From a virus: a DNA stretch of 64,000 bases. Position 1 is the stretch's first letter; the number at the start of each line of letters is the position of its first letter. The position numbers and the translations under genes are program-made. This document shows positions 55,561-64,000 of the stretch, piece by piece. The notes beneath the pieces were generated by a model, which did no database searches, was not told the origin of the DNA, and saw nothing but the letters and a program-made list of their open reading frames with translations. The DNA lies in the IMG/VR virus record IMGVR_UViG_3300027921_000016, positions 1 to 64,000 of that record; one strand, given 5' to 3'.

Positions 55561-57327
55561 TCACCACATCAAGAATGTTTGAGGGATTGAGAGATTCAGA
55601 TATAAGGTCTTTGGTCTCACCGCTTCCCCGAGACTGCCAGTCAGCCTCCCGCCAGCCTGAGTTACCACAGGGAAGTAACTCCGGGCGGTAGAGGTCTCGC
55701 CCACGGTGATAGAGAACGTGGTGCCTGCTGCGGGTATGAGCGTGGGGATCAACCTGATCGTCCTGTCTGCGTAGTTCACAGTACCAGTGGCGTCCCCCTG
55801 AAGATTGCCATTCCCGTCATCGGTAGCCACTTTGTCCACCCCCCAGGCAAGGGTTACCAACCCAGGCACTATTGCGTTAGTGCCAGCAAGCTGTATGTCC
55901 TGGAACAAGGCTACAGTCACTCCCGCCCTACTAGTGTCTGCGTAGGGTAGCCCGTAGGTAAAGATCACTGAGCTACCCACGTCAGGCAGCGCCCCGAGGG
56001 TGACACTAACCGACCCCGTGGTAAAACTCACGATCCCCACGCCATAGGAGGAGTCCACTCCGCGAATAGCCCCAGACCCATCATCACGAATCACGTACCA
56101 GTTACCCTGGGACATAAAATGCACAGCCAGGCTTCCGGGAGTGGGGATGGGGTCAAGGTAGGTCACAACCGTCTGGGACCTGGACTCAGTGGTAACCGAC
56201 CAGGAGGCAGTTTGCGTATTTCTGGTGGGGGCCGCCGCTGGCCGGTACACCACAGCCTTGGTGCCTCCGATAGAGGGGCCGCCTGAATTGATGGTGACAA
56301 CCCCGTTCGAGTAGTCCACCAAGCCAATGGGGGTGGTCCCACTCATCAGCACCCCACCCTTATCCACCAGGGAATAGGGTGCGGCAGTGATGGTCAGGGT
56401 ACCGGGCATTATACTCTGGCCCACATGGAGGCCGGTAGTCGGATCAAACGTGTAAGTGGAGTTAAACGATATGGTTCCAGCCCCAGACGGCAGATATACA
56501 ACTGAGTCCCCGTTTGGCTTCACATCCGTAATGGGGATTTCAGTCTGAGCACTGGGCACCAACACTCCGAAGATCGTGTCTGCGGTTATCGTGTAGTCCC
56601 CGACTGCTAGTGTCCCACTAACAGGGCGTATGCCATAGTACACAGCGGCGTCCGCCACCACCGTTGAATAGAGTTTGCAGGTGGTGGGTTGGCTATACAC
56701 ACAGGAAGGCGAGCCGCCCAAGGCGTCGAACGCCAGAGGGTCGGAGATATAGAGGGTCACCACATTGAAAGTCTTGCTTCCACACGGGCTCAGGCTAAAC
56801 GTGCGGATCACACTGTCTACCCCAGTGACCCGTACAAACTGACTATCCTCGGTAGAAAGCCCTGGGTTCTTGACCACCACAATGGTGGTACCGGTGGTAA
56901 CCAAGGGCTCGGACACCTCCATCAGCACCAGTAGAGCCTTCTGCCCTGCGATGTGCTGGTCAAACAAAATCCCAGGGAACAACGGGCCACGGGCTAGGTA
57001 ACTTTCCATGCGATCAACGGCCTGACTTCTCGTAGCCGTCCAATCACGCATGGTAAACAGCGTGGCGTGTACCAGCGGATCAGCCGGTGCCTGGGAGATA
57101 ATGACGTGTGCCCCCATGTAGCTATCGGTATCAGCGGTGGTAACTGCTGGGAACGCCTGACGCCAATTGAACCGCCCAAGAGTGCGGTCGAGTTCAGAGA
57201 TATCGGGAAACAGATTGTTGCTCACACCCCCGACGATCACGGTCCCGGTCACAGGCCCACCACCATCCTCGGTGTCAGTCATTCGCTGACTGGCAAATAG
57301 CACGATGTTGTTTTGACTGATCGCCAT
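55561..57327 (-). CDS. Large tail protein, N-terminal half
   Basis: SQRMTDTEDGGG...NNLFPDISELDRTLGR. Confidence 0.8.
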   Translation of the reverse strand: MAISQNNIVLFASQRMTDTEDGGGPVTGTVIVGGVSNNLFPDISELDRTLGRFNWRQAFPAVTTADTDSYMGAHVIISQAPADPLVHATLFTMRDWTATRSQAVDRMESYLARGPLFPGILFDQHIAGQKALLVLMEVSEPLVTTGTTIVVVKNPGLSTEDSQFVRVTGVDSVIRTFSLSPCGSKTFNVVTLYISDPLAFDALGGSPSCVYSQPTTCKLYSTVVADAAVYYGIRPVSGTLAVGDYTITADTIFGVLVPSAQTEIPITDVKPNGDSVVYLPSGAGTISFNSTYTFDPTTGLHVGQSIMPGTLTITAAPYSLVDKGGVLMSGTTPIGLVDYSNGVVTINSGGPSIGGTKAVVYRPAAAPTRNTQTASWSVTTESRSQTVVTYLDPIPTPGSLAVHFMSQGNWYVIRDDGSGAIRGVDSSYGVGIVSFTTGSVSVTLGALPDVGSSVIFTYGLPYADTSRAGVTVALFQDIQLAGTNAIVPGLVTLAWGVDKVATDDGNGNLQGDATGTVNYADRTIRLIPTLIPAAGTTFSITVGETSTARSYFPVVTQAGGRLTGSLGEAVRPKTLYLNLSIPQTFLMW

Positions 57328-57334
57328 CTTGACC

Positions 57335-57742
57335 TCAAACGGTTAAAAACTTCAGCTTCACGTTGTACCAGTCCGTAGAACCGTGGGCAGGGAACCCGGC
57401 TACAGGTGTTGCGTCCACGGGATTTTCTGAGGTTTTGAACACTACCGTGAACTCCCGTGTGTCTGTTGGGTATTCTAACACTAGCTTGTACTGCACGCCA
57501 GGGGCACTTGCCCATGCAATCAATTGCAGTACCGTGGACCTTGGCACCCACGCCATATCAGACTGAGGCGTCAAGGTGATGGGCCGCCCAGCCTGCTTGG
57601 TGCCAACATGGATAATCAACGCCCCGGTCACACCCCATTCTTCGGTACTCACAACCGGTACCCAGGTGTTCTCGTCCACCCACAACAAATCATTGGGGAG
57701 GTCGAGTACCACCGGTACTGTATCGAGGGTCTGAAGTTTCAT
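57335..57742 (-). CDS. Distal-tail-like protein
   Basis: LPNDLLWVDE..W; GRPITL; follows the tape measure. Confidence 0.7.
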   Translation of the reverse strand: MKLQTLDTVPVVLDLPNDLLWVDENTWVPVVSTEEWGVTGALIIHVGTKQAGRPITLTPQSDMAWVPRSTVLQLIAWASAPGVQYKLVLEYPTDTREFTVVFKTSENPVDATPVAGFPAHGSTDWYNVKLKFLTV

Positions 57743-57749
57743 GCTCTAC

Positions 57750-60700
57750 TCACTGGTAACTGGCTTTCATGGCATTCAACATGGATAGTAGGTCTTGCTC
57801 CCCACCTGCGGGCACAAATACATTGCTGGTCTTCTTGCCAAAGGACAGCTCGATCTTCATCATCGCACCTGAGGTACCAGGTTTCAGATTGGAGGTATCG
57901 TACTCACCAGCAGCCTTGTTGATCTTGGCCGTGGCCTCGTATTCGGCTGCGTACTGTGCTGCTGTCTTCTTGGCTAGGGCCGCCTGGGCGTCTGTTTCCT
58001 GCGCCGCCACTACCTTGGCCGCCGACACCTTGTCCAGGAGTTGCAATGCCTGGGTCAAGGCGGCAATGGCCACGCTGTCCTTGGAGGCGGTAGCTACTGC
58101 GAGCTGGGATTCAATCTCGGCCTTACGAGCAGCGGCATGCCGTACCTCCATGGCTGAAGTCGTGTTATTGATCTGGTCCCATTCATCAAGGAGCGAGGCC
58201 AGGGTACTCTGGGCGGTCTCCCGTAGTTGCTGCATACGTGCCACGGCATCGGCCAGAGCCTGCCTCAAGGGTAGGAGTTGCTGCTCCCCCAGAAGTCCGG
58301 AGAACGTGCCAGCCTCCCGAGCTTGATTCCCAAGTATTTCCCACCCTCTGGCAATATCCCAGACCGTAGCCCCATGAGACTTCAGGGACGCTACCAGGCC
58401 GGTAGACACCTCCTCCTGCTCCTTGAACCTGGCCGTCACAAATTCTGAAAACCGCCTGAGATCGTGCAGGTAGTTGCCGATGGACTGGCCAACGGCCCCG
58501 ATACTGCCCAGGGATTTGGTGAAGAACTGATCCGCTGCGTCACTCATGGACCGAAACTGCTGGTGGTAGCCGTTGATGATACTGCCCATGGCGCCACCAA
58601 GGTCTCGCAGATTTGCATGGAAGCCATTGATAAAAGACTGCATGGACCCAAGCTCCCCGGCCGTAGCCTGTGCCGCCGCAGTAGCTTGACTCCTGGCAAG
58701 GGCTAGGGCTTCAGCGGCAGTGGCCCCCATCCTCAGGAATTCCTCACCGGTCTTCCCGATCTCCACCGTAAAGTTGTGCTGCGCCGCCTCAGCCCGCACT
58801 ATATCCGGGATAATCCCGTTATTAGCCTCTATCGCTGCCTTTGCCCACTTACCCCAGGCGGTATTCTGGGTATCCAGGGAGGCTCCACTGGCGTCGATCA
58901 ACGTCAAGTTCTTACGAGCCTCGTCCGCTACTTGGATGAGAGCTTCCGTGGATTTCACCCCCAGCTTCTCATAGGCAGTAGTGACCCCTGGGATGGCGGA
59001 CTCCAGCATACGCACACCAAGGGAAGCGTCCTTCATGGACTGCACGGTAGCCTGACCAACGGCATCTACCTCGATCTTGAACCCGTGCATACCTGCTTGG
59101 GCTCTCAGGGTGCTGTCGGCCACCCCATTATTGGCTTTGATGGCCGCCTCAGCATAGGTTTTCCAGGCGGCGTCCAGGGTGCTACCTGCTGCCCCAAACT
59201 TCTGTAGCACCTCCAGGTTCTTCTTGGCCGTGTCTGCAATCAATTGCAGAGCCGCAGAGGTCTTCAACCCGAGACCCTCATACGCTGCCGCTACCTTGGG
59301 AGTCAGGGCCGAGAAGGCGTCAACCTGGGCGTGCAAGGCTTTTACCGCCTCAGTCCCAAGATTTACCCTGGTGCCATACTCCTTCACGGCCTCATGAAGG
59401 CGGGTAAAATCTTCTACCGACTTCGCGGCCTTCAGTTGCGTGTCGAATGCCTTGTCAAACTGCACGCCCATCAACTTGACTGCTTGAGTAGCCGCACCCA
59501 TAAGAGCCGTTCCCTCACGCAGGTTACCAAGATCGAGCAGCTCCTGGGCTCTCTTCTTGATGGCATCAACCGCAGCACCCACGGCGTTCAGGTCCAACAA
59601 GGTCTTGGCCGTGTCCAGGCCTTTCTCAAAGGCATCAGTGAACTGCTGGGAGGTAGTCAGGGCCGACGAGGCCATGGCCGTGAGCGAGCCAGACAAATCG
59701 ATCACGTTCTTGGTCACCCCGGTCTTCAACTCCTCGGTGGCGATGCCCATGTTCTTTACCGATGTACCCCAATCCTCCTGTAGCTTGGTCACAACCCCAT
59801 CCAAGGCGTTCATGGCCTTGGCCACTTCCTCGGGTGCTCCTCCGGCTTCCCCAAACTTGGTGATCGAGGCCGTGATCAAATCAACCGCCACCTTCTGCTC
59901 GGTGGAAGTCAAGGCATTGAGTCTCTGGGCTTCCGTGAGCTTACGTATATCCTCCTCGATGCCCTTGAACGAAGTAGCCTTACCCAGGGAGTCCAGAGAG
60001 ACCCTGGCAGCCTCCAGTTGCTTCTTCAAAGTCTTGGCCGCCTCTGCCCCGGAGGTAAACCCCGCCGGTAGTTCCTGGCCAGCAGCGATAGCCGAGTCCA
60101 CAAGCTGTAGAATCTGCTTATCCGTGAGCTTGCCCTGTTGGGCCAACTCTATCATGGACTTGACCGTGCGTGCCCCTGCCTCTTTCACATCGTCCAAAGA
60201 GATGGCTTGATCATCCGTAGCCTTGGAGAGCTTCTTGAATTCATCCTGCACCTGGGAAAAGCTCGTGGCCTTGCCAAAATCAGTGATCGCCAAGTGTACG
60301 GTCTTCACACCCTTCAGGAAATCCTGGGTGGCTGTTCGCCCATTGGCGAAATCCGTGACAATCTGGTCTGCCAGCTTCTCAGAAGCTTGACTGGTGTTGT
60401 ACAGCGATTGCGCGGTTGCCTTCAGAACCGTGGACAAGCTTCCAAGTCCGGGTACCATTCCTGCAAGCGCAGCAAGGGCTTCCGCGATATTCCCAGCCAC
60501 CCCGAGGAAGGCTGAGGCTACGATCAACACTCCCGCCCGCAAGAAAGAAAAGCCGTCCCTCAACCCCGCTACCACGAATCCAATACCCCATAACACAGCC
60601 TTAAGTGGGTCCCCTGCCTCTGACAGCCGAAAAAACGATGCAGCCAGTTGCACGATGTCCGTGATGATCCCCACCACGTTAGCCCCAATGGACTCCAGGA

Positions 60701-61715
60701 TGTCCACATTCGCGGCGACAAAACTGGCTATGCCTTCCACCACGTAGCTGATGGTATCTGCCAATTGCCCAATCACTCCACCAAAGTGCTTGCTGGCCTC
60801 CCCCGAGGAGTCCATGCCCTTGGCAATTGACTCCAGGTGCTTAAGCAGTAGTGTAGCGGAGTCCACGATAGCGCCATACGCAGGAAGCAGGTGCTGGCCA
60901 ATAGCCTGCGAGAGCTGCTCCTGGTATCTGGTCATGGACGATACTTTCTTGCCCACGGACTCCATCGAAAGCTCGTAGGCTCCTTGTAGCTTGGTGGCCT
61001 CCTCCAGTACCGCGTTATTGACCGCCTGAATCTTCTGCTGTTGTGTCAGGGCTGCCGTGGTCTTGTTGATGGACGTGGCAAACTTCTCCTGGGCTGCCTG
61101 GATATTGATGTTCAGGCCCATGAACCTCAGACCCATGGTATCCATTTGCTGGATGTTCGTGATCATCCGTTGGAACGTGTAACTACTGTTCTCACCGGTT
61201 ACAACCGCCAAATCCTGGGCTGCGCGAGCAAGACGCTCGACGTTACTGGTTGCTCCCGCAGTCATGGGACCAAGGGGCAGACCTGCCTGGATCATAGCGG
61301 TCATGGACGTGCGAGCAGCTTGGGTGGTAATCCCCAGCTTCTCAAGGCCCTTCTCATACCCGGCTATCTGATCCTTGGAGTACCCAGCGTTCTTCGAGAC
61401 CACCCCCAGGGTGATACCCAGGGTCTCCGATCTGGCTGCGTAATCCGCTAGTTCCTTGACCCCCTGCACGGCCAAAAAACCCACAAACGCGGCGGCCGCC
61501 GCCTTGATGTACCCCGTTAGCTTACTATACCCCTCCCCCATGGCCTCAAGCTGGGTCCCCAACTCCTTTCCTTTATGGGACATCACAGAGGCGCCATGGG
61601 CGGCATCCGTACTGGCCGAACCGACCCCCCTGATGTTGTCAACCACAGTACTCAGGTTGTTCATGCCGTCTATGAAAGCACGGATTCGTATGTCAAGGTT
61701 TGCAGTAGTGGTCAT
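57750..61715 (-). CDS. Tape measure protein
   Basis: 1321 aa, Ala-rich helical, hydrophobic central segment; follows the chaperones. Confidence 0.92.
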   Translation of the reverse strand: MTTTANLDIRIRAFIDGMNNLSTVVDNIRGVGSASTDAAHGASVMSHKGKELGTQLEAMGEGYSKLTGYIKAAAAAFVGFLAVQGVKELADYAARSETLGITLGVVSKNAGYSKDQIAGYEKGLEKLGITTQAARTSMTAMIQAGLPLGPMTAGATSNVERLARAAQDLAVVTGENSSYTFQRMITNIQQMDTMGLRFMGLNINIQAAQEKFATSINKTTAALTQQQKIQAVNNAVLEEATKLQGAYELSMESVGKKVSSMTRYQEQLSQAIGQHLLPAYGAIVDSATLLLKHLESIAKGMDSSGEASKHFGGVIGQLADTISYVVEGIASFVAANVDILESIGANVVGIITDIVQLAASFFRLSEAGDPLKAVLWGIGFVVAGLRDGFSFLRAGVLIVASAFLGVAGNIAEALAALAGMVPGLGSLSTVLKATAQSLYNTSQASEKLADQIVTDFANGRTATQDFLKGVKTVHLAITDFGKATSFSQVQDEFKKLSKATDDQAISLDDVKEAGARTVKSMIELAQQGKLTDKQILQLVDSAIAAGQELPAGFTSGAEAAKTLKKQLEAARVSLDSLGKATSFKGIEEDIRKLTEAQRLNALTSTEQKVAVDLITASITKFGEAGGAPEEVAKAMNALDGVVTKLQEDWGTSVKNMGIATEELKTGVTKNVIDLSGSLTAMASSALTTSQQFTDAFEKGLDTAKTLLDLNAVGAAVDAIKKRAQELLDLGNLREGTALMGAATQAVKLMGVQFDKAFDTQLKAAKSVEDFTRLHEAVKEYGTRVNLGTEAVKALHAQVDAFSALTPKVAAAYEGLGLKTSAALQLIADTAKKNLEVLQKFGAAGSTLDAAWKTYAEAAIKANNGVADSTLRAQAGMHGFKIEVDAVGQATVQSMKDASLGVRMLESAIPGVTTAYEKLGVKSTEALIQVADEARKNLTLIDASGASLDTQNTAWGKWAKAAIEANNGIIPDIVRAEAAQHNFTVEIGKTGEEFLRMGATAAEALALARSQATAAAQATAGELGSMQSFINGFHANLRDLGGAMGSIINGYHQQFRSMSDAADQFFTKSLGSIGAVGQSIGNYLHDLRRFSEFVTARFKEQEEVSTGLVASLKSHGATVWDIARGWEILGNQAREAGTFSGLLGEQQLLPLRQALADAVARMQQLRETAQSTLASLLDEWDQINNTTSAMEVRHAAARKAEIESQLAVATASKDSVAIAALTQALQLLDKVSAAKVVAAQETDAQAALAKKTAAQYAAEYEATAKINKAAGEYDTSNLKPGTSGAMMKIELSFGKKTSNVFVPAGGEQDLLSMLNAMKASYQ

Positions 61716-61720
61716 GAGCG

Positions 61721-62310
61721 TCAGTCGGTTAAACTCTTCAAAGCCGTAGCCATGCCTTCTTCAGTGCCCCTGGCAGCAACTGCCCCTAACCGCAACCCTA
61801 TGGCCCTGTCCCGCTTGTCCTTACGGAAGGAAGCCTTGAGGAACGCCAGATACTGGGACCAAGTGTACTCCAGGATGTCCCCATACCGGTGCCCGCTGCT
61901 TATCAGGTCTTGGAAGGCATCGCTCCAGGAAGTTTGATTTTGCTTGCGACCCCGAGCAGCCGCTCCAGAGCCTGTGATACGGAGGGGAACAACCTCTGGA
62001 TAAAAAAATCGAGGTTCACCTCGATGACCTTGGTGGTGACCGTGATAAGGTCGTCGGCCTTAAGTTCCATCACCCAGTCCACTTCCCGACCCAGCATCAG
62101 CGCCACCAACTGAACAATCTCGTCCGGGTACTGGAGCACGAGAGCCCCGACATCCACGGGCTTCTTCGGGTCCTTGAATTCTTGCAGAACCGGGGCCACT
62201 AACTTCACGATCTGCGTGAGTTGTTTCACCTTCAGTTCCGGGATTACGATTTCTTCCCCGCCGATGAGTACGCTCTGAACCTCGGGGATCATGGTAGTAA
62301 GGTCACTCAT
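61721..62310 (-). CDS. Tail assembly chaperone G (61903-62310) with -1 frameshift product GT
   Basis: T TTT TTT slippery heptamer at 62002-62008; -1 frame open to 61721 encoding WSDAFQDLISSGH..DILEYTWSQ. Confidence 0.85.
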
Positions 62311-62381
62311 TGTCCTACTCCTAAGAATAAGAGGGGCATGTAGCCCCTCTCGTGGTTCCCTGCAATTGATTGCACCTGGGG

Positions 62382-63512
62382 TTAGTACATCTGCTTCACG
62401 TGGAAGTACTTGCTGCCGGTAGTCTTGGTGGAATCGGCCAGGATAGCGCCCTCGATGGTCATCTTGCCTATGGTGTCCGAGATCAGGTCCAACTCCTTCA
62501 GCGGATCGACCGAGAACTTGTAGACCTCGACCACCACGGGGTTGAAGCTGGTAACCGAGGTGCCACTCGGATCGGCGGTGTTCAGGCCCTCGAAGCGGAG
62601 GAACATCTCCTGTGGGGGCAGGGTCAGGGTATCCACCCGGTTCTGAGCGGCGTAGTTGTAGCCGATGGCCGTTAGCGTTACCGGGAAGGGCTGGCCGGTA
62701 CTGGCCTTGGTGATGGGCACGACCAGGGTAGTGGTAGCCAGGACGACCGCGCCTGCCGAACCAGGGATCGTGACCGTCAAGGTGGTAGCAGAGATCGCGG
62801 TAATCGTACCTGCGATACCATTCACCGAGGCTGCGCCCGCACCGGTAACGCCCCACAGAGACACCGTGTCATTCACTGCCAACGGGGAATTACTGGCGGC
62901 GTACCCTGGCCAGGCCGTGAGACCGGTGATCGCCAAACTAGAGGCGGTGATCGTGCCGACCGGGGTGCCAGTCAGGGCTATGCTCAGCTTGACCGGGGCC
63001 ACGGTTTCGGTACCGCTGTTCAGCTTGTACGAGCCAGCGTCGGCATTCCACTTGTAGTCCCAGGCGGTGGCATCATCCACGTACTCGGTCAGCACCCCCG
63101 AGGTCCAACCGGGGGTGCCGTTGGTCATCACCAGGGAAGTCACGCTCATGTGCGCGAGGTTGCCAACGGCACCCATGTACCCGGTGTCCGTACCTGCGGA
63201 CACCACCCCTGCCGGGATGATGGTGAACGCCCCGCGCGTGGCGATGGCCAGATTTCGGGCGATCAGGTTCTCCAAGTCAAAGGAGATCGTACCCTTGATC
63301 TCCGTAACCAGCCGCTTGTCCATGGCACGGACGCCATCCTGGGCGTTCTTGTGGTCGGTGGTGGATGCGGCCATGCCGATCTTGAGGGCAGTGCAGTTGC
63401 CGAGGGGGAACAGGGCACCAGCATTGCCCTGGGCATCACGCTGACCGATCATCACCACGCCCTGACCGCTGTAGTAGTGGTTGCCCACATCATTGTGTAC
63501 GTTAACACTCAT
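62382..63512 (-). CDS. Major tail protein
   Basis: YYSGQG.V..G.R...LGN; LRFEGLNTA; upstream of the chaperones. Confidence 0.85.
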   Translation of the reverse strand: MSVNVHNDVGNHYYSGQGVVMIGQRDAQGNAGALFPLGNCTALKIGMAASTTDHKNAQDGVRAMDKRLVTEIKGTISFDLENLIARNLAIATRGAFTIIPAGVVSAGTDTGYMGAVGNLAHMSVTSLVMTNGTPGWTSGVLTEYVDDATAWDYKWNADAGSYKLNSGTETVAPVKLSIALTGTPVGTITASSLAITGLTAWPGYAASNSPLAVNDTVSLWGVTGAGAASVNGIAGTITAISATTLTVTIPGSAGAVVLATTTLVVPITKASTGQPFPVTLTAIGYNYAAQNRVDTLTLPPQEMFLRFEGLNTADPSGTSVTSFNPVVVEVYKFSVDPLKELDLISDTIGKMTIEGAILADSTKTTGSKYFHVKQMY

Positions 63513-63540
63513 TTCGTGCTCCTAGTTAGGGGTTGGGCGA

Positions 63541-64000
63541 TTAGGCTTGGCCGATCACGCGGGATTTCTTGAACCAGACCACCAACAGGTGCTTGGTAGC
63601 GGCGCTGGCCGAGTTCTTCCAGCCCCTGGCAGCGGCGGTTAGGGTCGCGGCGGAAACCGCGAGGGGGGTGCCAGAGCTACTGGTCAGGGTGACGGCAGCG
63701 CCATCGGCACCGTCGCTCTTGGCCACGAGGTTCACAACCGCAGCATCCGCTGAGGCGGTAACCACACTGCCATTATTGGCATTGACCTTGAACGCCAGGA
63801 TGTACGCCATGGCATTGTTTGCCACCACCGTGCTTGCAGCCGTCAAGATTGCCTGAGCTTGTCCCTGGGTCAGGCCTATGGCCATCAACTGAGTCTGAGC
63901 AGCGCAGGCACCCCCGACCGTGATGTCCCCCAAGGCCAGAGCCGGGAACTGATTTGGTCCGCACACCAGGGTATTGGCAATCGCCGTATACCGAACACCC
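63541..64000 (-). CDS. Virion structural protein (partial)
   Basis: Ala-rich open frame running to the window edge. Confidence 0.55.
   Translation of the reverse strand, partial: GVRYTAIANTLVCGPNQFPALALGDITVGGACAAQTQLMAIGLTQGQAQAILTAASTVVANNAMAYILAFKVNANNGSVVTASADAAVVNLVAKSDGADGAAVTLTSSSGTPLAVSAATLTAAARGWKNSASAATKHLLVVWFKKSRVIGQA

Larger units (their letters stand above)
1052..62374. repeat. Dispersed 14-bp inverted-repeat family TGCAAT(TG/CA)ATTGCA
   Basis: Perfect copies start at 1052, 2049, 5069, 8558, 10009, 13064, 16890, 19241, 20612, 24159, 26355, 27137, 30716, 32633, 34102, 36904, 39294, 40484, 41572, 46941, 50461, 57515, 59235, 62361; one-mismatch copies at 2956, 21924, 28677, 34948, 47676. 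Confidence 0.97.

Noticed and set aside
1052-62374. 14-mer as CRISPR repeat, terminator or transposon end
   Set aside because: Copies are isolated and kilobases apart, with no spacers, U-tracts or target duplications, and most are within ORFs.
61903-62856. 317-aa ORF as listed in the track
   Set aside because: The N-terminal part is an alternate frame of the major tail gene; the likely start is MSDLTT at 62310 with an AGGA SD.

Overview
A 64-kb segment of a tailed dsDNA phage with siphovirus architecture (major tail protein, frameshifted tail chaperones, tape measure, no sheath). The embedded Rz/Rz1 spanin pair implies a Gram-negative host. Nearly all genes are on the minus strand. From right to left the modules are: tail and receptor-binding genes; lysis cassette; early and replication genes (AAA ATPase, initiator with iterons, DnaC-like, DnaB, dCMP deaminase, primase, SSB, SF2 helicase, RecA, exonuclease, ThyA, RuvC-like, MazG-like, Tad2); a tRNA; an accessory region with integron attC-like sites; then a ParB-like gene, TerS, TerL and a coupled amino-sugar biosynthesis/transfer cluster. 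Most notable: (1) a 14-bp inverted repeat TGCAAT-(TG/CA)-ATTGCA in 24 perfect and 5 one-mismatch copies (counted by eye), mostly inside genes including two inteins and an HNH gene, and 7-8 bp upstream of four early promoters; (2) a fractured TerL gene with a naturally split intein whose halves flank a free-standing HNH-AP2 endonuclease; (3) a packaging-linked WbqC/GT-B/MTase/DegT/PglF/PIG-L cluster suggesting an undescribed amino-sugar modification of DNA or virion; (4) attC-like cassette remnants without an integrase. All functional calls come from motif recognition by eye; no searches were run.
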